Source: Candidatus Marinacidobacterium sp. (GTDB lineage: Bacteria; Acidobacteriota; Vicinamibacteria; Marinacidobacterales; Marinacidobacteraceae). Taken from it: a DNA stretch of 64,000 bases. Below are positions 28,410-37,527 of the stretch, in pieces. A program made the translations under genes and the position numbers. Location: assembly GCA_965220965.1 (NCBI GenBank), contig OZ244852.1, positions 800,001 through 864,000 on the forward strand, given 5' to 3'. Positions within the stretch are counted from its first letter, which is position 1, and each line of letters starts with the position of its first letter. Below the pieces are notes generated by a model. The model ran no database searches. It worked only from the letters and a program-made list of their open reading frames with translations, and had not been told where the DNA came from.

Positions 28410-29138
28410 TCAGCGCGCGGCCAGGCGCGCGGTGTGGACCGCGACCGCGCCGAACGACAGGAGACGCCAGGAGACCTGCGGAAAGCCGCTCGCTTCGAGG
28501 CGGCGGGCCAGTGTCCCGGGCTCCGGGAACTCGAGGACGGAGTCCCGGAGGTAGTCGTAGGCGTCGGGTCCGGGGGAGCCCAGTCGGGCCAGCACGGGCA
28601 CGGCGAGCCGCATCCAGAGGCGGTGTCCCAGGCGCGCGAGGAACCCCTCGGGCTGCGAGAACTCGAGGATCACGAGCCGCCCCTCCGGCGCCAGCACCCG
28701 GCGCATTTCGGAGAAGGCGGCCGCGTGGTCCGGGAGGTTCCTGACGCCGAACCCCACGATCAGGCGGTCGAAGGCGCCCGTCCGGAACGGCAGCCGTAGC
28801 GCGTCTCCGGCGACGACCGGAAGCCGGATCCCGGCCGCATCCGCCTTCCGCGCGGCCAGCCCGAGCATGGCGGGCGTGAAGTCGCACCCGACGCGAGTGG
28901 ACCCGGGCGGCATCCCGAGGGCGAGGTCGCCGGTGCCGCAGCAGAGGTCGAGGGTTCGCGCGCCGGGGGTCGGGGCGAGGTCGCGAAGCGCCGTCCGGCG
29001 CCAGCGCTGGTCCATTCCCAGGCTCAGCACCCGGTTCATCCGGTCGTAGCCGGGCGCCACCGACTCGAACATGCGCCGGATGGCGCCGGGGGTCTGTCTC
29101 CGCTCCTCGGGCGCCGGGCGTCCGCTCTCGGGAACCAT
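28410..29138 (-). CDS. ubiE: Ubiquinone/menaquinone biosynthesis C-methyltransferase (UbiE/MenG)
   Basis: MFESVAPGYDRMNRVLSLG, LDLCCGTGD, GDALRLPF, FGVRN, AY.YL..S. Confidence 0.92.
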   Translation of the reverse strand: MVPESGRPAPEERRQTPGAIRRMFESVAPGYDRMNRVLSLGMDQRWRRTALRDLAPTPGARTLDLCCGTGDLALGMPPGSTRVGCDFTPAMLGLAARKADAAGIRLPVVAGDALRLPFRTGAFDRLIVGFGVRNLPDHAAAFSEMRRVLAPEGRLVILEFSQPEGFLARLGHRLWMRLAVPVLARLGSPGPDAYDYLRDSVLEFPEPGTLARRLEASGFPQVSWRLLSFGAVAVHTARLAAR

Positions 29139-29274
29139 CGCCGGAAGTCTCGCATTCCGGACATCGGAGCGGGCGACGGGAAATGCGACCGGCCGTAGCC
29201 GTGTCACCGCGCCGTTTCGTCCGTCGCTCCATAGAATCTACGGCGTCTTGACTCCCCTCGCCCCCTGGCCGCTC

Positions 29275-29700
29275 ATGATCGGTCCCCTCGGCATGCAGGA
29301 GCTGCTCATCATCATGGGCGTCGCCCTGATCGTCTTCGGGCCGCGGAAGCTGCCCCAGATCGGGAAGACCCTCGGGAACACGGTGCGCGAGTTCCGAAGC
29401 CAGAGCCAGCAGTTGCGGAACACCCTCGAGCGCGAAGTCCAGATGGAGGACTTCCGCAAGGCCAGGGAAGAGGTCACCGGTCTGGGGCGCGACGTGGCGA
29501 AGGGTCTCGACCCCAACGCCGAGACGCCCAGCGGCCCGGGTTCCGCCTCCGGCGGAGCGCCTCCGAAAACGGAGCGCGCGGAAGCGTCCGCCGCGAAGGA
29601 GGGGCCGGCGAACGGCTCGGGCGCGGCCGAGTCCGCGACCGCCTCCGACGCGGAGGAAGCGCCATCGTCATCCGGCGAGCCGAAGAGCCAGAACTCGTGA
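29275..29700 (+). CDS. tatA: Twin-arginine translocase TatA/TatB subunit
   Basis: GMQELLII...LIVFGPRKLP, amphipathic helix, long low-complexity tail; next to tatC. Confidence 0.88.
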   Translation: MIGPLGMQELLIIMGVALIVFGPRKLPQIGKTLGNTVREFRSQSQQLRNTLEREVQMEDFRKAREEVTGLGRDVAKGLDPNAETPSGPGSASGGAPPKTERAEASAAKEGPANGSGAAESATASDAEEAPSSSGEPKSQNS

Positions 29701-29731
29701 CCCCCCGAGGGAACGCTGGCCGCGTCGCGCC

Positions 29732-30529
29732 GTGAACGAACCCGGCGGCCCGGCCGCTTCTCCGAAGGAAGAGCGCGGCGAAGACCGCATGACCTTCCTG
29801 GAGCATCTGGACGAGCTCCGGAAGCGGCTCATTCGGGCGGCGCTCGCCATCCTCGTCGCGTTCGTGGCGTGCTTCTTCTTCTACGAGCAGATCTTCAACT
29901 TCCTGATGCAGCCGCTGCGGGAGGTCATCGAGCCGTACGGGGGAGAGCTGATCGCCACGACGCCGCCGGAGATCTTCATCCTCGGCCTCAAGATGAGCTT
30001 CCTGGTCGCGGTCATCGGGTCGACCCCGGCCTGGCTGGGCCAGGTCTGGGGCTTCGTCGCCCCCGGCCTCTACCGGCACGAGAAGCGCCTCGCGCTTCCG
30101 TTCGTGGTGATCGGCTCGGCGTTCTTCATCTCCGGGGCCGTCTTCTGCCACTACGTCCTGTTTCCGGCGGCGGTCTCGTTCCTCGGGACGTTCGGCGGGG
30201 GAGGCGAGGAGATCCAGATCCGCTACCGGGTCTCCGAGGTCTTCAGCTTCTATGCGCGCCTGGTGCTCGGGACGGCGGTCGTGTTCCAGATTCCGTCGCT
30301 GGCGCTGCTGCTCTCGCGACTCGGGATCGTCACCCCCCGCTTCCTGCTGCGCTACTTCAAATACGCCGTCCTGGTGATCTTCGTGCTTGCGGCGCTGGTG
30401 ACCCCGCCGGACCCGACGACCCAGATCATCCTCGCGGGGCCGATGATCGTGCTCTACATGCTCTCGATCGGGATCGCCTGGATCGGGAACCGGATGCGCG
30501 CGAAGCCCACCGACGAAGACCAGAGCTGA
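29732..30529 (+). CDS. tatC: Twin-arginine translocase TatC
   Basis: MTFLEHLDELRKRL, FVAPGLY.HEK, FQIP, TPPD. Confidence 0.96.
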   Translation: MNEPGGPAASPKEERGEDRMTFLEHLDELRKRLIRAALAILVAFVACFFFYEQIFNFLMQPLREVIEPYGGELIATTPPEIFILGLKMSFLVAVIGSTPAWLGQVWGFVAPGLYRHEKRLALPFVVIGSAFFISGAVFCHYVLFPAAVSFLGTFGGGGEEIQIRYRVSEVFSFYARLVLGTAVVFQIPSLALLLSRLGIVTPRFLLRYFKYAVLVIFVLAALVTPPDPTTQIILAGPMIVLYMLSIGIAWIGNRMRAKPTDEDQS

Positions 30530-30543
30530 TGGCGCGTCCCCCT

Positions 30544-30734
30544 CTCCCGCAGTTGATCCGTTCGAATCGAAACCTGGCCTAGCAAGTTCCGATTCACGGC
30601 CCGCCGGGCCGTGCGGTGGGAGGGACGGCGTGGCTTGAAGGGGAAGGGAGGTTCGGCGACGGCGCCCCCTCCCGCAATTGGCGCCGTTCATTCGGAACTT
30701 GGCGAAGCAAGTTCCGATTGCTGGCCCGCAGGGC
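30544..30734 (-). repeat. Tandem imperfect ~67-nt hairpin repeat (2 copies, period 125 nt); candidate structured ncRNA
   Basis: Copies at 30544-30609 and 30669-30734 about 80% identical by manual alignment, sharing AGCAAGTTCCGATT; each folds into a 10-13 bp stem with a 6-nt loop. Confidence 0.7.
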
Positions 30735-30766
30735 GCCATTCACCGCGGACTTGCTACGATCTTCCC

Positions 30767-32440
30767 ATGTTGAGGTTGCGGCGCAGGGTTTTGCCGCTGG
30801 CGCTCCCGCTGGTCGTGGGAGTCGCCATCGGCGCAACGGTTCTGGGACCGCGGCCGGCGCCCGGGGTGGCGCCGGATGACGAGTTCGCGCCGCTGATCCA
30901 GCAGCACGCCAACGTGCTGCGCGCCATCGAGACGGCCTACGTCCGCGACGTTCCCTCGGAGACGCTCATCCGGGCCAGCGTCGGGGGCATGCTCCGGCGC
31001 CTCGACCCGCACTCGAACCTCTTCGTGCCCCGGAACTACCGGCAGATGCGCGAGCGCCAGCAGGGCGGCTACGTCGGGCTCGGTATCCGGGTCCAGGAGC
31101 GGAACGGCCTGCTCACGGTCGTCTCGCCCTTCGAGGGCACGCCGGCCTACCGGCTCGGCATCCGGGCGGCCGACGTGATCTCGAGGATCGAGGGGGTGGA
31201 CGCGACCCAGTACACGATGGACGAGGCGGTCAACCTGCTTCGGGGCCCGCGCGGGACGCCGGTCCGCATCACGATCACCCGGCCGGGCTACGACGCTCCG
31301 CTGGACTTCACCGTGATCCGCGACCGGATCCCGCTGAAGAGCGTGCCCTACTTCTTCGTCCTCGACGATCCCGGCGCCTCGGAGAAGACCGGCTACGTCC
31401 GGATCTCCGACTTCAACGAGAACACCGAAACCGAGCTGAACGAGGCGATCGTGGAGCTGCGCCTCGAGGGGGCCACCCGGCTGCTGGTGGATCTCCGCCA
31501 CAACCCCGGCGGGCTCCTGAACCAGGCGGTCGCCGTCTCGGGCGTGTTCCTCGAGAAGGGGGCCGAGGTTGTTTCGATTCGCGGCCGCCATTCGGAGAAT
31601 GACCAGGTCTTCCAGGTCTCGGCGGCCAGCCCGCACGCCGACCTGCCGCTGATCGTGCTCGTGTCCCAGGAGAGCGCTTCGGCGTCCGAGATCGTGGCCG
31701 GCGCCGTTCAGGACCACGACCGCGGGCTGATCCTCGGCGAGAACACCTACGGGAAGGGGCTCGTCCAGTCCGTCTTCCAGTTGCCGCACGGCTACGCGCT
31801 CGGCCTGACCTCGGCGGAGTACTTCACCCCCAGCGGCCGCCGTCTGCAGCGGGACTACGACTCGGGCGACTTTCTGGCCTACTTCCAGGGCCGGGGAGAG
31901 CACGACTCGAACTCCGAAGCGGGGACGGTCGTTGTCACGGCGCTGGGGCGCGAGATTTCCGGGGGCGGCGGAGTCGCTCCCGACATCGAGGTCCCGTCGC
32001 CCGAGATTCCCGAGCCGCTCATCGAGGTCGAACAGCACGGGGCGTTTTTCCGCTTCGCCACCCGCTTCGCACCGGCGGACGGGAGGGGTGCGGTCGATGG
32101 CGCCGGCGTCCGTCCGGACGAACTCCAGGCGCGCGGCGATCAGATCCGGTCGGTGGACCAGGATTTTCGCGCCGATGACGCGACGCTCGAGGAGTTCTTC
32201 CAGTTTCTCCTCGAGGAGGAGATCCCCCACGACCGCGCCGGTCTCGAGGACCACCGTGACCGCATCGCGCTCCGCATCGACTCCGAGGTACTGAGTCTCC
32301 TCTGGGGACCGGGTCCGGCGCGCAGCGCCACGCTCGACCGGGACCCCCAGATCCGGGCCGCGCTCGAGGCCATGCCGCGCGCCGCGCTCCTCCTGAACGA
32401 CCCCGAGGCGTTCATGGCGGGGGCGTCCGATAACCCTTAG
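30767..32440 (+). CDS. ctpA: S41 carboxyl-terminal processing protease (CtpA/Prc family)
   Basis: LDPHS, PDZ G.GI, DLRHNPGGLL, SASASEI (Ser), TYGKGLVQ (Lys), YFTPSGR, GG..PD, DPQ. Confidence 0.92.
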   Translation: MLRLRRRVLPLALPLVVGVAIGATVLGPRPAPGVAPDDEFAPLIQQHANVLRAIETAYVRDVPSETLIRASVGGMLRRLDPHSNLFVPRNYRQMRERQQGGYVGLGIRVQERNGLLTVVSPFEGTPAYRLGIRAADVISRIEGVDATQYTMDEAVNLLRGPRGTPVRITITRPGYDAPLDFTVIRDRIPLKSVPYFFVLDDPGASEKTGYVRISDFNENTETELNEAIVELRLEGATRLLVDLRHNPGGLLNQAVAVSGVFLEKGAEVVSIRGRHSENDQVFQVSAASPHADLPLIVLVSQESASASEIVAGAVQDHDRGLILGENTYGKGLVQSVFQLPHGYALGLTSAEYFTPSGRRLQRDYDSGDFLAYFQGRGEHDSNSEAGTVVVTALGREISGGGGVAPDIEVPSPEIPEPLIEVEQHGAFFRFATRFAPADGRGAVDGAGVRPDELQARGDQIRSVDQDFRADDATLEEFFQFLLEEEIPHDRAGLEDHRDRIALRIDSEVLSLLWGPGPARSATLDRDPQIRAALEAMPRAALLLNDPEAFMAGASDNP

Positions 32441-32450
32441 GAAACACGCG

Positions 32451-33758
32451 GTGCGCCCGGCGCGGCTCCTGGCGGCGGCGCTGGCCGCCCTTGCGCTCTC
32501 AGCCGGCCCAGCCGTGGCGTGGGCGGCCCAGTCGAGCGTCGAGGCGCTGTCCGCCCAGCTCGGCAGCAGCGACCCAAGGGTGCGCCGGGAGGCCGTCCGG
32601 GCGCTCGCGGACGATCGTTCGGAGGCCGCGGTGGCTTCGCTGGGGCAGGTCGCGTCGGACTCCGACCGGGAGGTGCGGCGGGTCGCCATCGACGCGCTGA
32701 CCGCGCTCCGCCGCCCCGACGCCGCGCCGGTCCTCGTCGGCTTTCTCGAGGACGAGGAGCGGGACCACCGCCGGAAAGTGGTGAGCGGCCTCGTCGCGAT
32801 ATACCGGGCCGAGGCGCCTCCCGGCTTTTCGACGCGGGCGGTGAACTGGCTCATGCGGCGCGAGGCCGAGTTCGTGCTCGACCCGCTGCGGCCGGTGGAC
32901 CCGGCAATCGTGGAGGCGGTCGTCGGACGACTCGGCGACGAGGACGACGAGGTGCGTCGTCGCGCGGCCGTCGGGCTGGGCGCTCTCCGCCAGGAGTCCA
33001 CCGCCGCGGCGCTGGCGCACGCCGCCTCGAACGACCCGGAGGACCGCGTGGCCCGCGAGGCGGTCCGTTCGCTCGGAGAACTGGGGACCGACGCGGCCGG
33101 CGCCCTGCTGCTCGGCTTCGTGGAGGAGGACCGGGTGCGAGAGGAAGCGCTCGCTGCGCTCGGGCGGTTCGCCTATGCCCCCGCGATCCCGAGGCTCATC
33201 CAGATCTACGACCACGATCCGGGGAATTCCAACGGACGCGCGGCGCTCGCCGCGCTCGCCCGGGCCGGGGCGCCGTTGGCGCGCGGGACCTTCTACCACG
33301 AACTCCGGAACCGGGACGCGCGTCGGCGGGCTTCCGCCGCCGCCGGCCTGGGGCGGCTCGATGACGCCTCGCTGGCCGACGGTCTGATCCGGGACTTCCT
33401 CCGCGAGGATGACCGCCGCGTGCAGCTCGCGTTCTGCTTCGCGCTGGTCCGGCTCGGCGAGACTCCGTTCATCGACCGCCTCGTGCTGTCGCTGGCCGAC
33501 TCCGACAGGGCCCCGGAGGCGCGCGACTACCTGCTCGAGCTGGGGCCCGGCGTCATCAACCAGCTCGCCGCTTACCTCGACGATCCCGATCCCGAGCTTC
33601 GCCTGGCGCTCATTGCGGTGCTGGAGCGCCTCGGAGATCCCGCGGCGGTCGCCGCGCTCTCCGGAGCGGCCGAGAGCGCGGATGACCGGACGGCGTCCCG
33701 CGCGCGCCTGGCGATCCGTCGTCTGCAGGCGTCCCCGACTCCTGACGTCGGCTCGTAG
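32451..33758 (+). CDS. Exported HEAT-repeat protein
   Basis: Signal peptide (AWA); repeated D.D..VRR.A..AL units throughout. Confidence 0.8.
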   Translation: MRPARLLAAALAALALSAGPAVAWAAQSSVEALSAQLGSSDPRVRREAVRALADDRSEAAVASLGQVASDSDREVRRVAIDALTALRRPDAAPVLVGFLEDEERDHRRKVVSGLVAIYRAEAPPGFSTRAVNWLMRREAEFVLDPLRPVDPAIVEAVVGRLGDEDDEVRRRAAVGLGALRQESTAAALAHAASNDPEDRVAREAVRSLGELGTDAAGALLLGFVEEDRVREEALAALGRFAYAPAIPRLIQIYDHDPGNSNGRAALAALARAGAPLARGTFYHELRNRDARRRASAAAGLGRLDDASLADGLIRDFLREDDRRVQLAFCFALVRLGETPFIDRLVLSLADSDRAPEARDYLLELGPGVINQLAAYLDDPDPELRLALIAVLERLGDPAAVAALSGAAESADDRTASRARLAIRRLQASPTPDVGS

Positions 33759-33869
33759 AGAGGCTCCGCCGGGGTAGGGGACCCGCCTCGGCAACAGCTT
33801 CCCGGGACCGGAAGGGCGGCAGGGCGTCCGGTACTCTCCGCCGCCGACCCGGCCCCCGGCGGAGCAACG

Positions 33870-35210
33870 ATGATCCAGCGTCTCGACCAGTACTTCCAGA
33901 TCAGCGCCCGGGGCGGCGCCTTCGGGCGCGAGGTCCTCGGCGGCGTCACGACCTTCGTGACGCTCTCCTACATCGTCCTGGTGAACCCGATCGTCCTGGG
34001 GACCACCGGGATGGATCCGGGCGCGGTGCTGGTGGCGACGGCGCTGGCGGCCGGGCTCGCCACCGCCGCCGCCGGGATCTTCGCCCGGCTCCCGGTCGCG
34101 CTGGCGCCCGGGATGGGGCTCAACTTCTTCTTCGCGTTCACGCTCTGCGCGCCGGTCGCCGCCGGCGGCTACGGCCTCACCTGGCAGCAGGCGCTGGCGG
34201 CGAGTTTCCTCGCCGGCGTGCTGTTCCTGGGCGCGACCGTGTTCCACCTGCGCTCGCGGCTGATCCGGACCGTGCCGGCGCCGCTGCGAAGCGCCATCGT
34301 GGCGGGGATCGGGCTCATGATCGCCGTCATCGGCCTGCGCTGGGCCGGCATCCTGGTCGCGACCCCGGGTTCCTATATCGGGCTTGGCGACCTTTCGGCG
34401 CCGCCGGTGGTCGCCGCCCTGGTGGGGCTGGGAGTGGGCGCCATCGCGGTCGTGCGAAAGATCCCGGGGGCGCTGATCCTCGGGGCGGGAGCCTCGGCGG
34501 CGGTCGCGGCGGGGCTCGGGCTGACCACGTTCACCGGGGTCGTCTCCGCGCCGGCGTCGCTCGCGCCGACGTTCCTGGCGCTCGACCTCGGGGGTCTGTT
34601 CGCCGCTCCCACCTGGGTTACGGCGATCATCATCCTCCTCCTCGTGGACATGTTCGACACCGTCGGGACCCTGGTGGGCGTCGGGACGCGGGCCGGCCTG
34701 ATGCGCGACGGCAGGATGGAGGGCGCCGAGGCGGCCTTCGCGGCCGACGCCGGCGGGACGGTCGCCGGGAGCCTCCTGGGGACCTCCACGGTCACGACCT
34801 ACATCGAGAGCGTCGCCGGCATCGCGGCGGGGGGCCGCACCGGGTTCGCCGCGCTCGTGACCGGCGCGCTGCTGCTGCTGTGCGTGTTCCTGAACCCGTT
34901 GCTCTCGCTGGTGGGCGGGACGCCGCTCGGGGACGAGACGATCTACCCGGTGGTGGCGCCGGTGCTCATCCTGGTCGGGGTCTTCATGATGCCGCAGATC
35001 CGCGACATCGCCTGGGACCGGCCGCTCGTCGCCATCCCGGCGTTCGTGACGGTCGCGGGCATGCCGCTCACCACGAGCATCACGACCGGGGTCAGCGCCG
35101 GCTTCATCGCCTGGTCGGCGCTCCACGTCGCGGCCGGCAAGGGGAAGCAGGTCTCCCTCGCCGTCCACGCGCTCGCGGTGGTCTTCCTCGTCCTGATGCT
35201 TCTCGAGTGA
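33870..35210 (+). CDS. NCS2/AzgA-family nucleobase (purine) permease
   Basis: GG.TTF.T.SYI..VNP, APGMGLN.FF, DMFDTVGT, GTS.VT.YIES.AG...GGRTG. Confidence 0.9.
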   Translation: MIQRLDQYFQISARGGAFGREVLGGVTTFVTLSYIVLVNPIVLGTTGMDPGAVLVATALAAGLATAAAGIFARLPVALAPGMGLNFFFAFTLCAPVAAGGYGLTWQQALAASFLAGVLFLGATVFHLRSRLIRTVPAPLRSAIVAGIGLMIAVIGLRWAGILVATPGSYIGLGDLSAPPVVAALVGLGVGAIAVVRKIPGALILGAGASAAVAAGLGLTTFTGVVSAPASLAPTFLALDLGGLFAAPTWVTAIIILLLVDMFDTVGTLVGVGTRAGLMRDGRMEGAEAAFAADAGGTVAGSLLGTSTVTTYIESVAGIAAGGRTGFAALVTGALLLLCVFLNPLLSLVGGTPLGDETIYPVVAPVLILVGVFMMPQIRDIAWDRPLVAIPAFVTVAGMPLTTSITTGVSAGFIAWSALHVAAGKGKQVSLAVHALAVVFLVLMLLE

Positions 35211-35259
35211 AGCGCTGCGGGGCGGTCGCGGCGTCTCGCATTGCCGCCGCGAACGGGAT

Positions 35260-36702
35260 TTGAACCGCCCCGGAAACCGTGAGACGATCCCCGAAGTGAC
35301 TATCCAGGAATCCCGATCCGTCCTTCGCGTCTCCGGCTCCCCCCTTGTCGCCGGACTTGTCGCCGCCGTCCTGGTGGCGGGGACCGCCGCGGCGGAGCGC
35401 CCCTCGCGCGACCAGGTGTGGTCCGAGGTTCGGAGCGACGGAAAGTCGCTGGTCATCGGCCGTTTCGTCGGAAAGTTCGAGAGTCCCGACTTTCGTTCCC
35501 GCCGTCTCGTCGTCCGGAACCGCGACACCGGGAAGGAGGAGCGGCTCGCGATCGACGACGGCCTGGGCCTGATCCACGAGCTCGTCGAGCCCGGGGTCTA
35601 CGAAGTCCGCGCCATCGAGGCGGTCTACTTCCCGAACGTCCGCCCGATGAACCCCCGGCGGTTCCGCCCGATCCGGCAGCGCTTCGCGGTCGCTCCCCGC
35701 GCGCACGAGACGGCGGAGACGCTCATCGCCGTGCCCCAGGACCGGCCGGTCTACATCGGCACCATCCGGGCGGCGGCGGAGCGCCAGGGCATGGTCTACG
35801 AAGGGCAGAAGCTCCGCGTTCTGGACGACTTCGACGCCGCCATGGACCGGCTCTCGGTGACCTTCCCGGCGCTCGCCGCCAGCCTTTCGGAGGCGTCGGT
35901 GACCCCGCAGCGGCACTTCATGCTCCGGCCCACCCGCCCGGACCCGCCGCTCGAGATGGTCGTCGGCATGGAGGACCCGATTCGGCAGGCCCGCCAGTAC
36001 ATCGAGGACGGCAAGTTCGCCCAGGCGATCAACTGGCTCTCGACCTTCATGCCGGTCTCCGACCGCCATCGCAACGAGGTCCGGCTGCTCGTCGGGGAAG
36101 CGCACCTCGGGAGCCGCGACCTCGACCTCGCCATCGAGGAACTGGGCGAGGTGCTCCTGCAGAACCCCGCGAATCTCCGCGCCCTCCGGCTACTGGCGCG
36201 GGCCCATTCGCTGAACGGGAACCTGCTGGACGCCGAGAGCCTCTACCGCGCGCTGCTCGACCTGCGGCCGCGCGACGCGGAGGCGCACCTCCAGTTGGGA
36301 TTCCTGCATGCCCTCCGGGAGGAGGCCGCAGAGTCCGAGGCCTCGTTCGAGATCGCCTTCGAGACCGACTTCGACTACCTGATGCATGACCTCGCGCCCT
36401 TCCTGGTCGCGGTCCGGAGCAACGCCGCGGCGGAGGCCGAGTACGTCCCCGCGACTCTCAGGAGCACCGAGGTTCCGCTGCGGGGCGGTGGGGGGTCGCG
36501 CCGCTCGTCCGAGCGGGACGGCGTGATGCTGCTCATCGATCACACCGGGGACGTCAAGTCGGCCCACTTCAACCCGGAGAGCTCGAGCCGCCTCCACCAG
36601 ACGATGATGTCGCTGCTCCGCGGACGGTTCCGCCCGGCCACGCTGAACGGGATCGCCATCCCGTCCATCATGGCGTTCGGGAGCTTCACCGCGGACCCCT
36701 GA
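35260..36702 (+). CDS. Exported TPR-containing protein with possible TonB-C-like C-terminus (start uncertain)
   Basis: Hydrophobic signal, beta-rich N-domain, ~4 TPR-like helical pairs, C-terminal IDHTGDV...RFRPATLNG. Confidence 0.6.
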   Translation: MNRPGNRETIPEVTIQESRSVLRVSGSPLVAGLVAAVLVAGTAAAERPSRDQVWSEVRSDGKSLVIGRFVGKFESPDFRSRRLVVRNRDTGKEERLAIDDGLGLIHELVEPGVYEVRAIEAVYFPNVRPMNPRRFRPIRQRFAVAPRAHETAETLIAVPQDRPVYIGTIRAAAERQGMVYEGQKLRVLDDFDAAMDRLSVTFPALAASLSEASVTPQRHFMLRPTRPDPPLEMVVGMEDPIRQARQYIEDGKFAQAINWLSTFMPVSDRHRNEVRLLVGEAHLGSRDLDLAIEELGEVLLQNPANLRALRLLARAHSLNGNLLDAESLYRALLDLRPRDAEAHLQLGFLHALREEAAESEASFEIAFETDFDYLMHDLAPFLVAVRSNAAAEAEYVPATLRSTEVPLRGGGGSRRSSERDGVMLLIDHTGDVKSAHFNPESSSRLHQTMMSLLRGRFRPATLNGIAIPSIMAFGSFTADP

Positions 36703-36731
36703 GGATCGCCGCCCTCTCGAGGCGCAACGCG

Positions 36732-36767
36732 AAGAACGGTCCCGTCCCGCGCGATGCGGGACGGGAC
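36732..36767 (-). terminator. Intrinsic terminator for the minus-strand catabolic operon
   Basis: Perfect 12-bp stem GTCCCGTCCCGC/GCGGGACGGGAC with 5-nt loop just after the 36769 stop, followed by CGTTCTT on the minus strand; lies between convergent genes. Confidence 0.6.
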
Positions 36768-36768
36768 G

Positions 36769-37527
36769 TCAGCGGCTGTCCAGCAGCCGGTCCACCTCGG
36801 CCTCCAGCACCGAGAACGGCTGGTCGGTGCTGGGCGCCGGATGGAGGAGGCCTTCGCGGTCGATCAGGAAGTTCGCCGGGTAGCGGGCCGTCTGGGTGAA
36901 GATGTCGGGCACGAAGCCGTCCTCCAGCGCCTCGGGGAGGAGGAGGGGGTAGTCCACCTGGACCATGTCGCGGCGGAACGTCTGCTGGACCTCCTCGTCC
37001 TCGGTGGAGATGCCGAACACCTGGAAGCCCTGATCGGCGCGTTCCTTCGCCAGCCGGTCCAGTTCGGGCATTTCGGCGCGGCAGGGTGGACACCAGGTGG
37101 CCCAGATGTTCACCAGTACGACCGAGCCGGCGTGGTCGGAGAGCCGGTGACGGTTTCCGTCGAGGTCGGCGGCGAGGAAGTCCGGGGCCGGGACCCCGGC
37201 GAGCGCCAGGTTCGCGGCCTGCCGGGCGCGGCGAACCGCGCCGCCGATCGGGGCCGCGACCAGACCGAGCGAGAGCAGCGCCACCGTGGCGCCGACCCAG
37301 CCGGCGCCGGTCATGGCGCCCGCCCGTCGGGCCTGGAGCGCGCGGCGCAGCGCGAAGACCGGGGGCAGGATCATGACCAGGGCGACGGCGGCGAGCCGGA
37401 AGAGGTAGTCCGAGTCCGGGTCCGGGCTGAGGCGGGTCAGAACCAGGTAGGTTCCGGCGCCGAGGACGGCGGCGACAAAGGGCGAGGCCAGGCCCGACCA
37501 GAGCGGAGAGGGCGCGGTTTTCGTCAT
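36769..37527 (-). CDS. TlpA/ResA-family thiol-disulfide reductase with 3 N-terminal TM helices
   Basis: APDF...DLDG, VNIWATWCPPCRAEMP, YP, FLIDREG. Confidence 0.88.
   Translation of the reverse strand: MTKTAPSPLWSGLASPFVAAVLGAGTYLVLTRLSPDPDSDYLFRLAAVALVMILPPVFALRRALQARRAGAMTGAGWVGATVALLSLGLVAAPIGGAVRRARQAANLALAGVPAPDFLAADLDGNRHRLSDHAGSVVLVNIWATWCPPCRAEMPELDRLAKERADQGFQVFGISTEDEEVQQTFRRDMVQVDYPLLLPEALEDGFVPDIFTQTARYPANFLIDREGLLHPAPSTDQPFSVLEAEVDRLLDSR

Noticed and set aside
30529-30582. 17-aa ORF MARPPLPQLIRSNRNLA coupled to the tatC stop
   Set aside because: Peptide not conserved in the second repeat copy; no coding evidence
30544-30734. Mini-CRISPR interpretation of the tandem repeat
   Set aside because: Only two degenerate units of ~67 nt, too long for CRISPR repeats, and no cas genes in the window
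30767-30800. Tat signal (LRRRVL) on CtpA next to tatC
   Set aside because: Lacks the S/T-R-R-x-F-L consensus; Arg-rich N-termini are common in this genome
32825-32835. TTTTCGAC inside the HEAT-repeat gene
   Set aside because: Intragenic partial match to the pilus motif without its flanks; shows the short core occurs by chance
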